NCBI GenBank assembly: GCA_002269645.1
Contig: NIVC01000126.1
Span: 744,001-808,000 of the forward strand
DNA length: 64,000 bases
Origin: Macrostomum lignano
Lineage: Eukaryota
Direction of reading: 5' to 3'
A program made the position numbers and the translations under genes. Every line of letters starts with the position of its first letter. Position 1 is the stretch's first letter. Below, one piece after another: positions 52,101 through 63,452 of this stretch. The notes below the pieces were generated by a model that did not search any database, was not told the DNA's origin, and worked only from the letters and a program-made list of their open reading frames with translations.

Positions 52101-53664
52101 CCGGTGACGTCGGCTCACGCTATCCTAGTTCGAGCTGCCGAAATTGACGAATTACTATCTGGCAGAGCTGACAAATTCCGGCCCGAAGGCAGTCGAGACG
52201 CAGTTGTGGACAGTGCGCCAACCACTAGCAGCGGCTCCATTGCCAATCTCACTAGAAGTGCATCCAGCGCAGCCGCCTCATCAGTGCCAAGCACCAGCTT
52301 CCATTTGGACGCTGTGCCCTGCCCGACTCCGATCAACCGGAACAGGCTCGGCAGGGGAGCCGGCTCTAAGATTCACACGTTTCCACTGTGCTACGATGAC
52401 AGCGATCCGCAAGCTATGCAAGACAATGCTGCCCAGCCCCTGTGCCTGGTGCCTATTCGACTCGACATGGAGTTTGACGGTGTGAAATTGCGCGACTGTT
52501 TCACCTGGAATAAGCACGAACAGCTGATTAGTCTGGAGCAGTTTGCCGAGATTCTGTGCGACGATTTGGATTTGAATCCGTTGACTTTTGCACCGGCTAT
52601 TGCTCAGGTTTGCTTGGCGGAATTTTGTTCTGGCTGGGACACTGTGAGGCTCCCAGACCCTCAGTTGCTGGGCCTTTGTTAGAAGCCTAGATCCTCAGTT
52701 GCTAAGCCAGCCTCCCGGATCCTCAGTTGCTAAGCCAGCCTCCCGGATCCTCAGTTGCTAAGCCAGCCTCCCGGATCCTCAGTTGCTAAGCCAGCCTCCC
52801 GGATCCTCAGTTGCTAGGCCAGCCTCCCAGATCCTCAGTTGCTAGGCCAACCTCCCAGATCCTCAGTTGCTGGACCAGCCTCCCAGATCCCCAGTTGCTG
52901 GACCAGCCTCCCAGATCCTCAGTTGCTACCAGCCTCCCAGATCCTCAGTTGCTGGACCAGCCTCCCAGATCCCTAGTTGCTGGGCCGGCCTCCAAGATCC
53001 TCAGTTGCTGGACCAGCCTCCCAGATCCTCAGTTGCTGGACCAGCCTCCCAGATCCTCAGTTGCTACCAGCCTCCCAGATCCTCAGTTGCTGGACCAGCC
53101 TCCCAGATCCTCAGTTGCTACCAGCCTCCCAGATCCCTAGTTGCTAAGTTCTGAAGGTCCAAGGCCCCATAGTCTATCCAAAGACTGAAACTCGAACTCG
53201 CCATTCCACCCTCCCAGACGATGCGGCAGCAGCTGGACGCGCATCCCTCAGAGGAGGCCCTGAGCACCGGCAGCGGGCAGCAGCAGGACGCTCGCGTGAT
53301 TATTCGACTCAACATCCACATTGGCAACATTTCTCTAGTTGACCAGTTCGAATGGGACATCAGCGAGTCCACTAATTCGCCCGAAGATTTTGCTTTGAAA
53401 CTGTGCGCCGAACTTGGACTTGGCGGCGAATTTGTCACCGCCATCGCTTACAGCATCCGCGGCCAGATTGCCTGGCACCAGCGCCTGTACAACTTCACTG
53501 AGTCGCCGTTGCCCTCATTCGAGGCCGTGTTCCGCAATCCATCGGAAGCCGATCAATGGTGCCCGAATGTTGAAACACTGACTGACGCCGAGATGGAGAA
53601 GAAGATTCGCGATCAGGATAGAAATACTCGACGCATGCGTCGGTTGGCTAATACAGGCTGGTAA
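46192..53664 (+). CDS. SMARCB1: SWI/SNF core subunit SNF5/INI1; exons 46192-46278, 51984-52607, 53218-53664; about 385 aa
   Basis: [29 protein letters not shown]|[21 protein letters not shown] (winged helix). [43 protein letters not shown] (Rpt1). [23 protein letters not shown]...[29 protein letters not shown] (Rpt2). [24 protein letters not shown] (C-terminus). Both introns are phase 0 GT-AG. Confidence 0.96.
47635..48284. repeat. CT-rich compound minisatellite (ACTCTCACCCTCTCTCC-like) with an internal higher-order duplication
   Basis: Polypyrimidine units; the block at about 47760-47990 recurs at about 47998-48230. Confidence 0.85.
48285..49723 (+). mobile_element. 5'-truncated Helitron copy 3 in SMARCB1 intron 1
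   Basis: Colinear with 16020-17041. Ends GGCTCCCCAACAGGGGGCGTAGATTGCTAG|T at 49723/49724. Confidence 0.78.
49005..49090 (+). repeat. Interstitial (TTAGGG)n tract within Helitron copy 3
   Basis: Seven consecutive perfect units plus further perfect and variant units. Confidence 0.9.
52690..53150. repeat. 28-bp minisatellite (CCTCCCAGATCCTCAGTTGCTGGACCAG) in SMARCB1 intron 2
   Basis: About 16 units. Confidence 0.93.
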
Positions 53665-53869
53665 TGCCTAGTACATGTAGTTATAGCATTCTCTTTGCCA
53701 ATTGAGTCGAGGAGCAAGCGATCTAATTTTTAGCGGAAGAATAATGATTTTCATTGTCTATGGCCAAAAAGGGTCTGTAGAGCAGCCGGTGTAAGAATTT
53801 GAGTGCGCAATTAATCCTTTTCACATTGTTGTTTGTGCGGGCCCAGTTTAACCGGCCATAGAGAATAGG

Positions 53870-55145
53870 CCTTGGACCATAGACAAAAGTCTGCAACTAG
53901 AAATGGATTGCATGGGCCTTGGACCATCGACAAAAGTCTGCAGCTAGAAATGGATTGCATGGGCCTTGGACCATAGACAAAAGTCTGCAGCTAGAAATGG
54001 ATTGCATGGGCCTTGGACCATAGACAAAAGTCTGCAGCTAGAAATGGATTGCATGGGCCTTGGACCATAGACAAAAGTCGGCAACTAGAAATTGATTGCA
54101 TGGGCCTTGGACCATAGACAAAAGTCTGCAACTAGAAATTGATTGCATAGGTCTTGGATCATAGACAAAAGTCTGCAACTAGAAATTGATTGCATTGGCC
54201 TTGGACCATAGACAAAAGTCTGCAACTAGAAATTGATTGCATAGGTCTTGGACCATAGACAAAAGTCTGCAACTAGAAATTGATTGCATTGGCCTTGGAC
54301 CATAGACAAAAGTCTGCAACTAGAAATTGAGTGCATGGGCCTTGGACCATCGATAAAAGTCTGCAACTAGAAATTGATTGCATGGGCCTTGGACCATAGA
54401 CAAAAGTCGGCAACTAGAAATTGATTGTATGGGCCTTGGACCATAGACAAAATTCTGCAACTAGAAATGGATTGCATGGGCCTTGGACCATCGACAAAAG
54501 TCTGCAACTAGAAATGGATTGCATGGGCCTTGGACCATAGACAAAAGTCGGCAACTAGAAATTGATTGCATGGGCCTTGGACCATAGACAAAAGTCTGCA
54601 ACTAGAAATGGATTGTATGGGCCTTGGACCATCGACAAAAGTCTGCAACTAGAAATGGATTGCATAGGTCTTGGACCATAGACAAAAGTCTGCAACTAGA
54701 AATTGATTGCATTGGCCTTGGACCATAGACAAAAGTCTGCAACTAGAAATGTATTGCATGGGCCTTGGACCATAGACAAAAGTCGGCAACTAGAAATTGA
54801 TTGTATGGGCCTTGGACCATAGACAAAAGTCTGCAACTAGAAATGGATTGCATGGGCCTTGGAACATCGACAAAAGTCTGCAACTAGAAATGGATTGCAT
54901 GGGCCTTGGACCATAGACAAAAGTCGGCAACTAGAAATTGATTGCATGGGCCTTGGACCATAGACAAAAGTCTGCAACTAGAAATGGATTGTATGGGCCT
55001 TGGACCATCGACAAAAGTCTGCAACTAGAAATTGATTGCATGGGCCTTGGACCATAGACAAAAGTCTGCAACTAGAAATTGATTGTATGGGGGTATGGGC
55101 CTTGGACCATAGACTGAAAGTCTGCAACAAGAAATGGATTGCATG
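53870..55145. repeat. 47-bp minisatellite (GGCCTTGGACCATAGACAAAAGTCTGCAACTAGAAATGGATTGCATG)
   Basis: About 27 tandem units with no spacers, starting about 200 bp after the SMARCB1 stop codon. Confidence 0.96.
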
Positions 55146-55984
55146 GGCATGCTTTGATTGTTTTCACTGAACCTCCCATAAAACCACCCCCTTTTTGTCA
55201 TAGACAATGAAAAGCAAGTCTTCAATTGTTTTATCTGATTCTGTTCTGCTTAAATAACGTTTATGCTTACTAGTAGTAGTATGCAAGAGACGGGTACTGT
55301 AGTTCAAATTGCAAAAGGTTTTAAAAAGGTGTAACTTTTCGCTTTAAAATACATTGGTAAGATACGAGCTAATGCTAGATCACCTTTTGTAATGTGCTGC
55401 CTCTGATATGCGCGTTTAAATTCTCTTATTTATGTGTTCCAATTATCTTGTCTATCTATGAATGCCTGTTGTTGTTATCATATTTTTTCTAATTCTCGTA
55501 TGTTATGTTTTTGTATGCTTTTGCTACTACTAATAGTTCTACATTTACTAGTTGACTCTATGGTTTCTAATGGAGACAATTGCTTGAATTGAAATATCAT
55601 ATTAAAATGTTATTTATGCGTCATTTATTCTTTACCAAGACTCCGTGTGTTTGATGTTCTGTATGTACAGTATCCTGTCATTCTAGTTATTTCCAATTAA
55701 GTAATATTTCTCTAGTTATAATTGGTTTTCTTAATGCAACTTTTAGTCGCAGTTGCACGCTTATTTCCGGTGTTATTTGGTATTATTTTCATTTTTACAG
55801 TCCTTATAATCATTACCTTCGCCGACACCTTCAATTCTCAAGTCAACTGTCTAGCTATTGCGTAGTAATTTACAGCATTAATACACGTTTAATAATAGCA
55901 ACTGCCTGTAAAATGATTGCTTTAAATGGTTTGGAATTAGTTTCATTTGAGGTATACAATTGAGATTGTTAGGTATACGCTAGA

Positions 55985-56345
55985 ATTCACCTACCTACCA
56001 TACCTACCTACTTGCCTACCTACCTACCTACCTACTAACTTACCTACCTACCTACCTACCTACCTACCTACTTACCTACGTACCTATCTACATACCAACC
56101 TACCTATCTATAAAGCTACCTACTTACCTACCTACCTGCCTACCTACCCACCTACCTACCTGCTTACCTATCCACCTACCCACCTACCTACCTACTTACC
56201 AACCTACCTTCCTACCTATCTACTTACTTACCATCCTACCTGCCTACCTATCCACCTACCTACCTACTTACCTACCTTACCTACCTACCTAATAACCCAC
56301 GTGCCTACCGACCTTCCTAGCTATTTACTCACCTACACGTATATT
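55985..56345. repeat. (CCTA)n / (TAGG)n degenerate microsatellite
   Basis: Source of the PTYL ORF. Confidence 0.93.
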
Positions 56346-56609
56346 CGTACGTACCTTCTTATATATATATATATATGTATATATATTCTCTCTATCCTCG
56401 CATCTTCCCACTAATCTATATAAGCATCTTTGCACATCCATGTCTATATCAATGTTACCCTCCTACTCGTTAATAAATCTAGATAAAAATGATGATTTTT
56501 AGAAGTTTTGTTAAATGGTTTCGCATAATAAATTTCAGCTACAAAAGCAATTTAAGTGCCTGTCAGCTCACGAGAATTTGAACATTCAGCTTTTAGTAGT
56601 GTGCTCATC

Positions 56610-59600
56610 ATGAGAAGCAACTCTCGCATTGCTGGCAGCGTGCAAGCTAGCCCAGCTGCTGAAGTCAACGTGACCACTCTATTACGGTCCAGATCCACTT
56701 TTGGAGTTGGATTGAATCGAATGTCAGATGTAAGAGCTTTCGTTAAATTTATATTTTTTTGACTGAAGCACGTAGACTACTTATAGTAGTTTCAAATTGA
56801 TTGTAAATAGAAAATTAGCGGTAATTTAATTATTCTGCGTGCAGCTCAAAATCCTTGTCAATAGTGGGGAGAATTTAGTCTTCTCTTGTCTAGGTAAATA
56901 CGCGCAAATGCTATTGGGCCCAGAGCTTGTACATTAGGAGGGGAATCTCCAATGCAGGAAAATCCTTGGAAATTCCATGTGGTAATGTTTCATGCACAGC
57001 TGCAGGGAATCCCTTGTTGCAGGAAAATCCACGGAAATTCCATGAGGCAGAGGCCCATCGAAAGAACATTGGTTCACATGTACACAATTTGTAGACACTG
57101 TTCCGCAGGGTAATCCATGGAAATTCCATGTGGCTTTGATAAAAACACGTAAGCAAGGAGATGAATTTATAGTGATAAAATTTATGCACACAAAAAATTT
57201 CAGATTCCTCGAACATTTCTGCACCAGAAGCAGAATCAATTGCAAGAGATGGTGTACAATCCTGGCGCAAACAGTCAAGACCAGTCGAAGGCTGTAGTAG
57301 CATTGTCTAGACGTCGCCAACAATTGCAACAGCAGAATCTTCGCCAGCTGATGGCCGATCTGCGAGCTACGCACCAGATTAAACGGCTGGAACGGGCCTG
57401 GCTAGTTGATATGCGATCAACCGCCTGCTTTTCTAGACCGCCGCCACCTGGTGGCCTACAGTTGCCGCTCTATTTGCAGCATTTCGCTAAACGGTGCATG
57501 CCGGATGCGGGAGTTAGCTTGAGTCCGTCTATGCTGCTGCGTAGCTTTATTGCTCAGGGCGGCGTTCAGGTGAGTTCAAAAAAGTTAGTATACGAGCGTA
57601 CATCTGTCGATTCTTTAATAATATGTTCTAAATTTTTTTTTCGATTTTTTTACAGCTTCTGAGACAAATTCTAGTTTATGACACTTTGGACTCAAATGCT
57701 GTGGTTTTGGAACGCCCCGATACGGGTGAGTGGCAGAGCAGACTGGGTGTGGATGATTTGGACAGTTGCTAAAGTGCTAGGACAGTTGGACAGACACTAA
57801 AACAGGCACTACAAAGACAGGCACTAAGACAGACTCTAAGATAGACACTGAGACAGAAACTAAGACAGACTCTAAGATAGACACTGAGACAGACACTAAG
57901 ACAGACTCTAAGATAGACACCGAGACAGACACTAAGACAGACTCTAAGATAGACACTGAGACAGACTCTAAGACAGACTCTAAGATAGACACTGAGACAG
58001 ACTCTAAGACAGACTCTAAGATAGACACCGAGACAGACTCTAAGACAGACTCTAAGATAGACACTGAGACAGACTCTAAGACAGACTCTAAGATAGACAC
58101 CGAGACAGACACTAAGACAGACACGAAGACAGACACTAAGACAAACACTAAGACAGGCACTAAGACAGACACTAACGCACACACTAAAACACTAAGACAG
58201 GCACTAAGACAGACACTAAAACACTAAGACAGGCACTAAGACAGACACTAAAACATTAAGACAGGCACTAAGACAGGCACTTGGATAGACATTAAGACAG
58301 ACAATAAGACAGACGCTGAGACAGACACTAAGAGGAACACTAATACGGGCACTAAACTGTTGGTATGGGCCCCTGGACAGGCTCATTGACAGGTATGTCT
58401 TTCATTTCTTGCAGAATTGAGCCAATTGCTGCGCAGCAAAGGCCAACTAATTGACCTGCTCTGTCGGCTAATTGTACACCGGAGTCAAGGTGACCAGCAC
58501 CTGGGCTTAGCCGTTCTGGATTCTCTGATCAGCGGCACCGGAGGCGACCATCTAGTTAACTATCTGTTCACCTGCACCGGGGTTAGCTTTCTCTACGGCG
58601 GCTCTATCCAACTGTTAGAGGATGTATTTCAGCATACCAACGGCTTGTTTATGCTCAATCGGGTGCCCAAATTAGAGGCGCTAGTGCAACGCTTTACAGA
58701 CGATCAGCTGGTGCAGTTTACTCGGATTCTGACCTTGGCTTTGTCGGATGGAGATCAGGGTGCCGATAGGCCTGGAGGACTGCTTCAGGTAGGGACTTAT
58801 TAGGCTGTGTAATTTTGAGGTTAGTGGCCGCTTTCCTTAGCAACCGGTAGGGTTAAGACAAATTTACCTTAGCAACCGGTAGGGTTAAGACAAATTTACC
58901 TTAGCAACCGGTAGGGTTAAGATAAATTTACCTTACATGTAGCAACCAGTATTAGGGTTAGGACAATTTGACCTTAGCAACCAGTATTAGGGTTAGGACA
59001 ATTTGACCTTAGCAACCTGTAGTAGGGTTAGGACAATTTGACCTTAGCAACCTGTAGGGTTAGACAATTTCACCTTAGCAATCTGTAGTAGGGTTAGGAC
59101 AATTTTACCTTAGCAACCTGTAGGGTTAGGACAATTTTACCTTAGCAACCAGTAGATTCAAGTCAATTTTCCTCTAGCACTCAATGACATAATCGGGACT
59201 GGTATTGCTTCCTTAGCAACCAATAGCATCATTAGGGTTGATAATATTTCACTTAGCAACCATTATGATATGATTATTATATTTCCCCTAGCAACCAGTA
59301 GCGTCATCGTTATTAGCGATATTATAATTCACTTAACAACCATCAGCAACAGCAGCAGCAATATTACATTGTGCACTACACCTTGATTCTACCTTAATGA
59401 ACTACTCAGGCCCAGTTGCGGCAGCCAGGCAACCAGCAGCTTCATGCCGATCGACGGCCAATGCCCAACAGTGGCAGCATCTGCAGCAATGGAAATCCTC
59501 GCGACAGCAATCTGGATTGCCTGTTGGCTTGTCCGCAGTTCCTGCCTCGTATGGTTCAATTGATGAAGTATATGACGCTCAGGTGTATACCGCGATATAG

Positions 59601-60661
59601 AGGTGAGTCTCTTGTTTTTGTGGATATTTGATTTTTGTAAACTGATTTTGTGCTATAATTTGTAGATTTAATCTAATCTTCACACTAACTATCTCATGAG
59701 ATTCGGAATCCTGGGACTAGATCTCTTGTGAGACTCGGAATCTAGAGACTTAATATCTTGTGAGACTCGGAATCTAGAGACTTAATCTCTTGTAAGACTC
59801 GGAATCTAGAGACTTAATCTCTTGTGAGACTCGGAATCTAGAGACTTAATCTCTTGTGAGACTCGGAATCTAGAGGCTTAATCTCTTGTGAGACTCGGAA
59901 TCTAGAGACTTAATCTTTTGTGAGACTCGGAATCTAGAGACTTAATCTCTTGTGAGAATCGGAATCTAGAGGCTTAATCTCTAGTGAGAATCGGAATCTA
60001 GAGGCTTAATCTCTAGTGTGAATCGGAATCTAGAGGCTTAATCTCTAGTGAGAATCGGAATCTAAAGGCTTAATCTCTAGTGAGAATCGGAATCTAGAGG
60101 CTTAATCTCTAATGAGAATCGGAATCTTTGCACTAACCAGGCCAGCCAACTGAGAGCGAGAACTGGCTCACCTGGATCGATCGCGCCCTTGACAACGCCA
60201 TCATCGCTGGCAGTCAGCCGCCCGGCGCGCCGCTGCCGCCGCCGCCGATCTGGGATTCGCCGGCCCTGCAAGGCGAAGACGAAGTATTTGGCGGGTTTGG
60301 CAGGCCGCCAGCGCCAGCCAATCAGATGCCTGTGTCGCTGTTTGATCGACCGTTGTCGTTCGCTTTGCACCGGTGCAGCCAGTTGCACAATCTGGTGTCG
60401 CTCTGCTACGTATTAGGCCTGTTGCTAGGCGGTCGTCAACGCAGAAGGGTCCAACGCCGTCTAGCGGAATTAAGATTCGCCCCAGCTTTGCAAGATCTGT
60501 TCGATATGTTTCTATGGCGATGCCACACCGCCGGGTCTGCTTCTACGGCTGCGGAAGCCGCCGCGGCGATGTTCGGAGCTCCGCCAGTGCAGCTGCAACA
60601 GATGGAGCTGCAAAGACAGCGGGAGCTGGTTCGGCAACAGCAGAGGGAGCATCAGCATCAG
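56610..60661 (+). CDS. TRPC4AP: TRPC4-associated protein (TRUSS) orthologue, 5' part; exons 56610-56729, 57204-57569, 57656-57725, 58415-58788, 59410-59602, 60141-60661; continues beyond the window
   Basis: Recognised segments: GGSIQLLEDVF...MLNRVPKLEALVQRFTDDQLVQFTRILTLALSD, WLTWIDRAL and LCYVLGLLLGGRQRRRVQRRLAELRFAPALQDLFDMFLWR, matching recalled TRPC4AP LYVLCVLLMGRQRNQVHRMIAEFKLIPGLNNLFDKLIWR. Splice phases (0,0,1,0,1,0) are consistent. Confidence 0.9.
57765..58345. repeat. ~12-bp-based minisatellite (CTAAGACAGACA) in TRPC4AP intron 3
   Basis: Tandem ctaagacagaca/ctaagatagaca units. Confidence 0.9.
58840..59155. repeat. ~32-bp minisatellite (CCTTAGCAACCGGTAGGGTTAAGACAAATTTA) in TRPC4AP intron 4
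   Basis: About 10 units, degrading toward 59300. Confidence 0.9.
59700..60127. repeat. 32-bp minisatellite (GTGAGACTCGGAATCTAGAGACTTAATCTCTT) in TRPC4AP intron 5
   Basis: About 13 units running up to the acceptor at 60140. Confidence 0.93.
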
Positions 60662-60769
60662 GTTTGTGATGCAGATTCTCTTTGATAGCTTAGAGCGAAG
60701 CTGGGGTCAGATAGAGAAGATTAGGGGCGGGGAACAAATGGCGATTACGTGATAGATTAGAGGAGGTAG

Positions 60770-61460
60770 TTTCAGTGATGAATATGGTAGTTTGTGATGA
60801 AAATGGTAGTTTCAGTGATGAAAATGGTAGTTTCAGTGATGAAAATGGTAGTTTCAGTGATGAATATGGTAGTTTTAGTGACGACAATGGTAGTTTCAGT
60901 GATGAAAATGGTAGTTTTAGTGACAAAAATGGTAGTTTCAGTGATGAAAATGGTAGTTTTAGTGACGACAATGGTACTTTCAGTGACGACTATGGTAGTT
61001 TCAGTGACAAAAATGGTAGTTTCAGTGATGAAAATCGTAGTTTTAGTGATAAAAACCGTAGTTTCAGTGATGAAAACGGTAGTTTTAGTGACGACAATGG
61101 TAGTTTCAGTGATGAAAATGGTAGTTTCAGTGATGAAAATGGTAGTTTCAGTGATGAAAATGGTAGTTTCAGTGATGAAAATGGTAGTTTCAGTGATGAA
61201 AATGGTAGTTTGTGATGAAAATGGTAGTTTCACTGATGAAAATGGTAGTTTCAGTGATGAAAATGGTAGTTTCAGTGATGATAATGGTAGTTTCAGTGAC
61301 GACAATGGTAGTTTCAGTGATGAAAAATGGTAGTTTCAGTGATGAAAATGGTAGTTTCAGTGATGATAATGGTAGTTTTAGTGACGACAATGGTAGTTTC
61401 AGTGATGAAAAATGGTAGTTTCAGTGATGAAAATGGTAGTTTTAGTTACGACAATGGTAG
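60770..61460. repeat. 21-bp minisatellite (GATGAAAATGGTAGTTTCAGT) in TRPC4AP intron 6
   Basis: About 32 units; source of the DENGSFS/ITETT/MKMVVS ORFs. Confidence 0.95.
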
Positions 61461-62456
61461 TGAAGTACAGGCTGTTTTTCCCGGTTAGGCACTTAAGATT
61501 ACCTCAAGTCTCGAGCCTCTTCAAAGGGAAGTTCTCTCAACTCTCTCAGTAGCGTAGGTAGTGCTGCCACCAGTTCCTTCAGGTCTCGGCCTTCGGTGAG
61601 GTGAGCTTCCCGTCGGAACGAAATAATGAAGTCAACGAACACAGCACAGCGTGCAGATTTGCAGATTAATGAACAAGGCGTCCTGATCAGCAGATCCCCG
61701 CCGGGCTCAGGGGTGACTGGGAAGGCAGTGTTAGCCTCCCTTAGGCTTGGGCTTTAGTGGGGTCTCAGTCAGACCAGTACAAACGGATTCAGTACGCAAA
61801 GGGCACTTAGTTAGACACTGACGCACACGGGATCTTAGTGAATTCTCCGCAGATAAGAAGCCAAAACAATTCCTTGACGGAAACAAGGGGAGAGGGGTCC
61901 TATTTATAGCCGGGAAACACCCACGCACAAGACCTCGTGACTTGTTCTATTTTTAGAACTGACGTCACTTGAGATCTCGAGGCAGGGTCTCAGTGCGCGC
62001 AAGACCTCGTGACTCGTTCTATTTTTAGAACTGACGTCACTTGAGGTCTCCGGCCAGGGTACACGCGGCTGTGACTCAGTTGCTATTTTTAGCAACATGA
62101 GTCACTCCTCTCCTTAGAGAAGGGAGGGGTCCGAAAGCACGTGATTCTCCCGGTAAACAGGGCCAACGAGTGCAGTAAACATGTTTACTGCACTTTAGGA
62201 CTCGAAGAACGCAGAGTCTGTCATGTGACTTGCTCACATGACAGAGGAAAACGGGACGGGAACGAAACAGAGACAGCCCACAGCAGAGAAGCTGAGGGCT
62301 GAGAACAGAGACGCAGAAGGGCAGAACAGGCCAAGGGCAGCAACAGACGGGCCAAGGGGGTGGGAAGCTGACCAGCGGCAGACAGCAACCCAGGGCGAGG
62401 GCGAGGGAGACTGCTGACAAAGTGAAACGCCTAACATCAACTAGCGGATCACTACA
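61461..62456 (-). repeat. Putative 3' LTR (996 bp)
   Basis: Begins TG directly after the PPT and ends CA, with imperfect terminal inverted repeats and TATAAATA on the minus strand at 61901-61908. The second LTR is outside the window, so the end at 61461 is inferred. Confidence 0.7.
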
Positions 62457-63452
62457 CTCTCCCCGTTCAAATGAAGAGGCGGAGTGAAAGCGTAGCGCGC
62501 TTTATTTATTAAACAAAATAGTGATTTTACTAAATAAAATTATTACAAATGCCTGGCAAAAGGATGGCAGTGTCACAAGGCATACCAATTATTACACGGC
62601 TGGGCCAAGGTCAGGATTGTGACCCAAAATGGCGAAGCACCAATAGCACCGGTGGGTTGCCCACGCCAAGGCAGAGCCCTAGAAAATGATAAAATCGGAG
62701 GGGCTGGCAAGTCCCTCGGGCGTACGCAGAATCAGGACCTCAGTCCAACAGCGGTTCGGGGGCGCCGGCCCGGAAAATGGGCGCCTAAATATACGGGATA
62801 CCATAGACAGCCGGCAGAGCCCGTCACTGGGGAGAAGGGGATGCAGAACTGCACCAGAGCAACAGCTCACGGGAAGATAAACGAGTACGCATTGCGGGGG
62901 CGCTGGCCCGCTATTGAGGGGCCACATAAAGTAGAGCAGGGAAAAATCAGAGGGTGCCTGTCAGCACCAAGTCCACAGAGTCAGAGTTAATCGCTGCGTT
63001 GGGTTGATCGGTGCACGCAGATGCGGGCAGTGCGACTAACATAAGTCTTAGCCCTAGGATTAATAATCAGCCTCTCAGGCTGCCTACGATTCCTAGCCGG
63101 CCTACCGGCATCTACAATTCCTACTGACGCTTCCACCGGAGTGGTGCATAGCGACGGCCCAGGGGTCTGGACCACAGATAAAGCAGCACTGGGGCGGGAG
63201 CAGAAACGGGCGGAAAAGAAACGGCAGGCATAGACGCATCAAGAACAGGCTCATGCAAATGACATTCACCATACGGCACTGGCTCACGCCGAAGTGCACT
63301 TGCCTGGTTCGCTGGTGTCGTGACCGGTCCACCTCCTGGCTGTACCTCCGGGATCGCCAAAGGCCGGAAGTGCCATCGGAAGGCCGGCCTTGCGTCGTAG
63401 CCGTCATCATCATCGTCGTCGGGGTCGTCCTGGTCGTCCTCGGGAATTGGCG

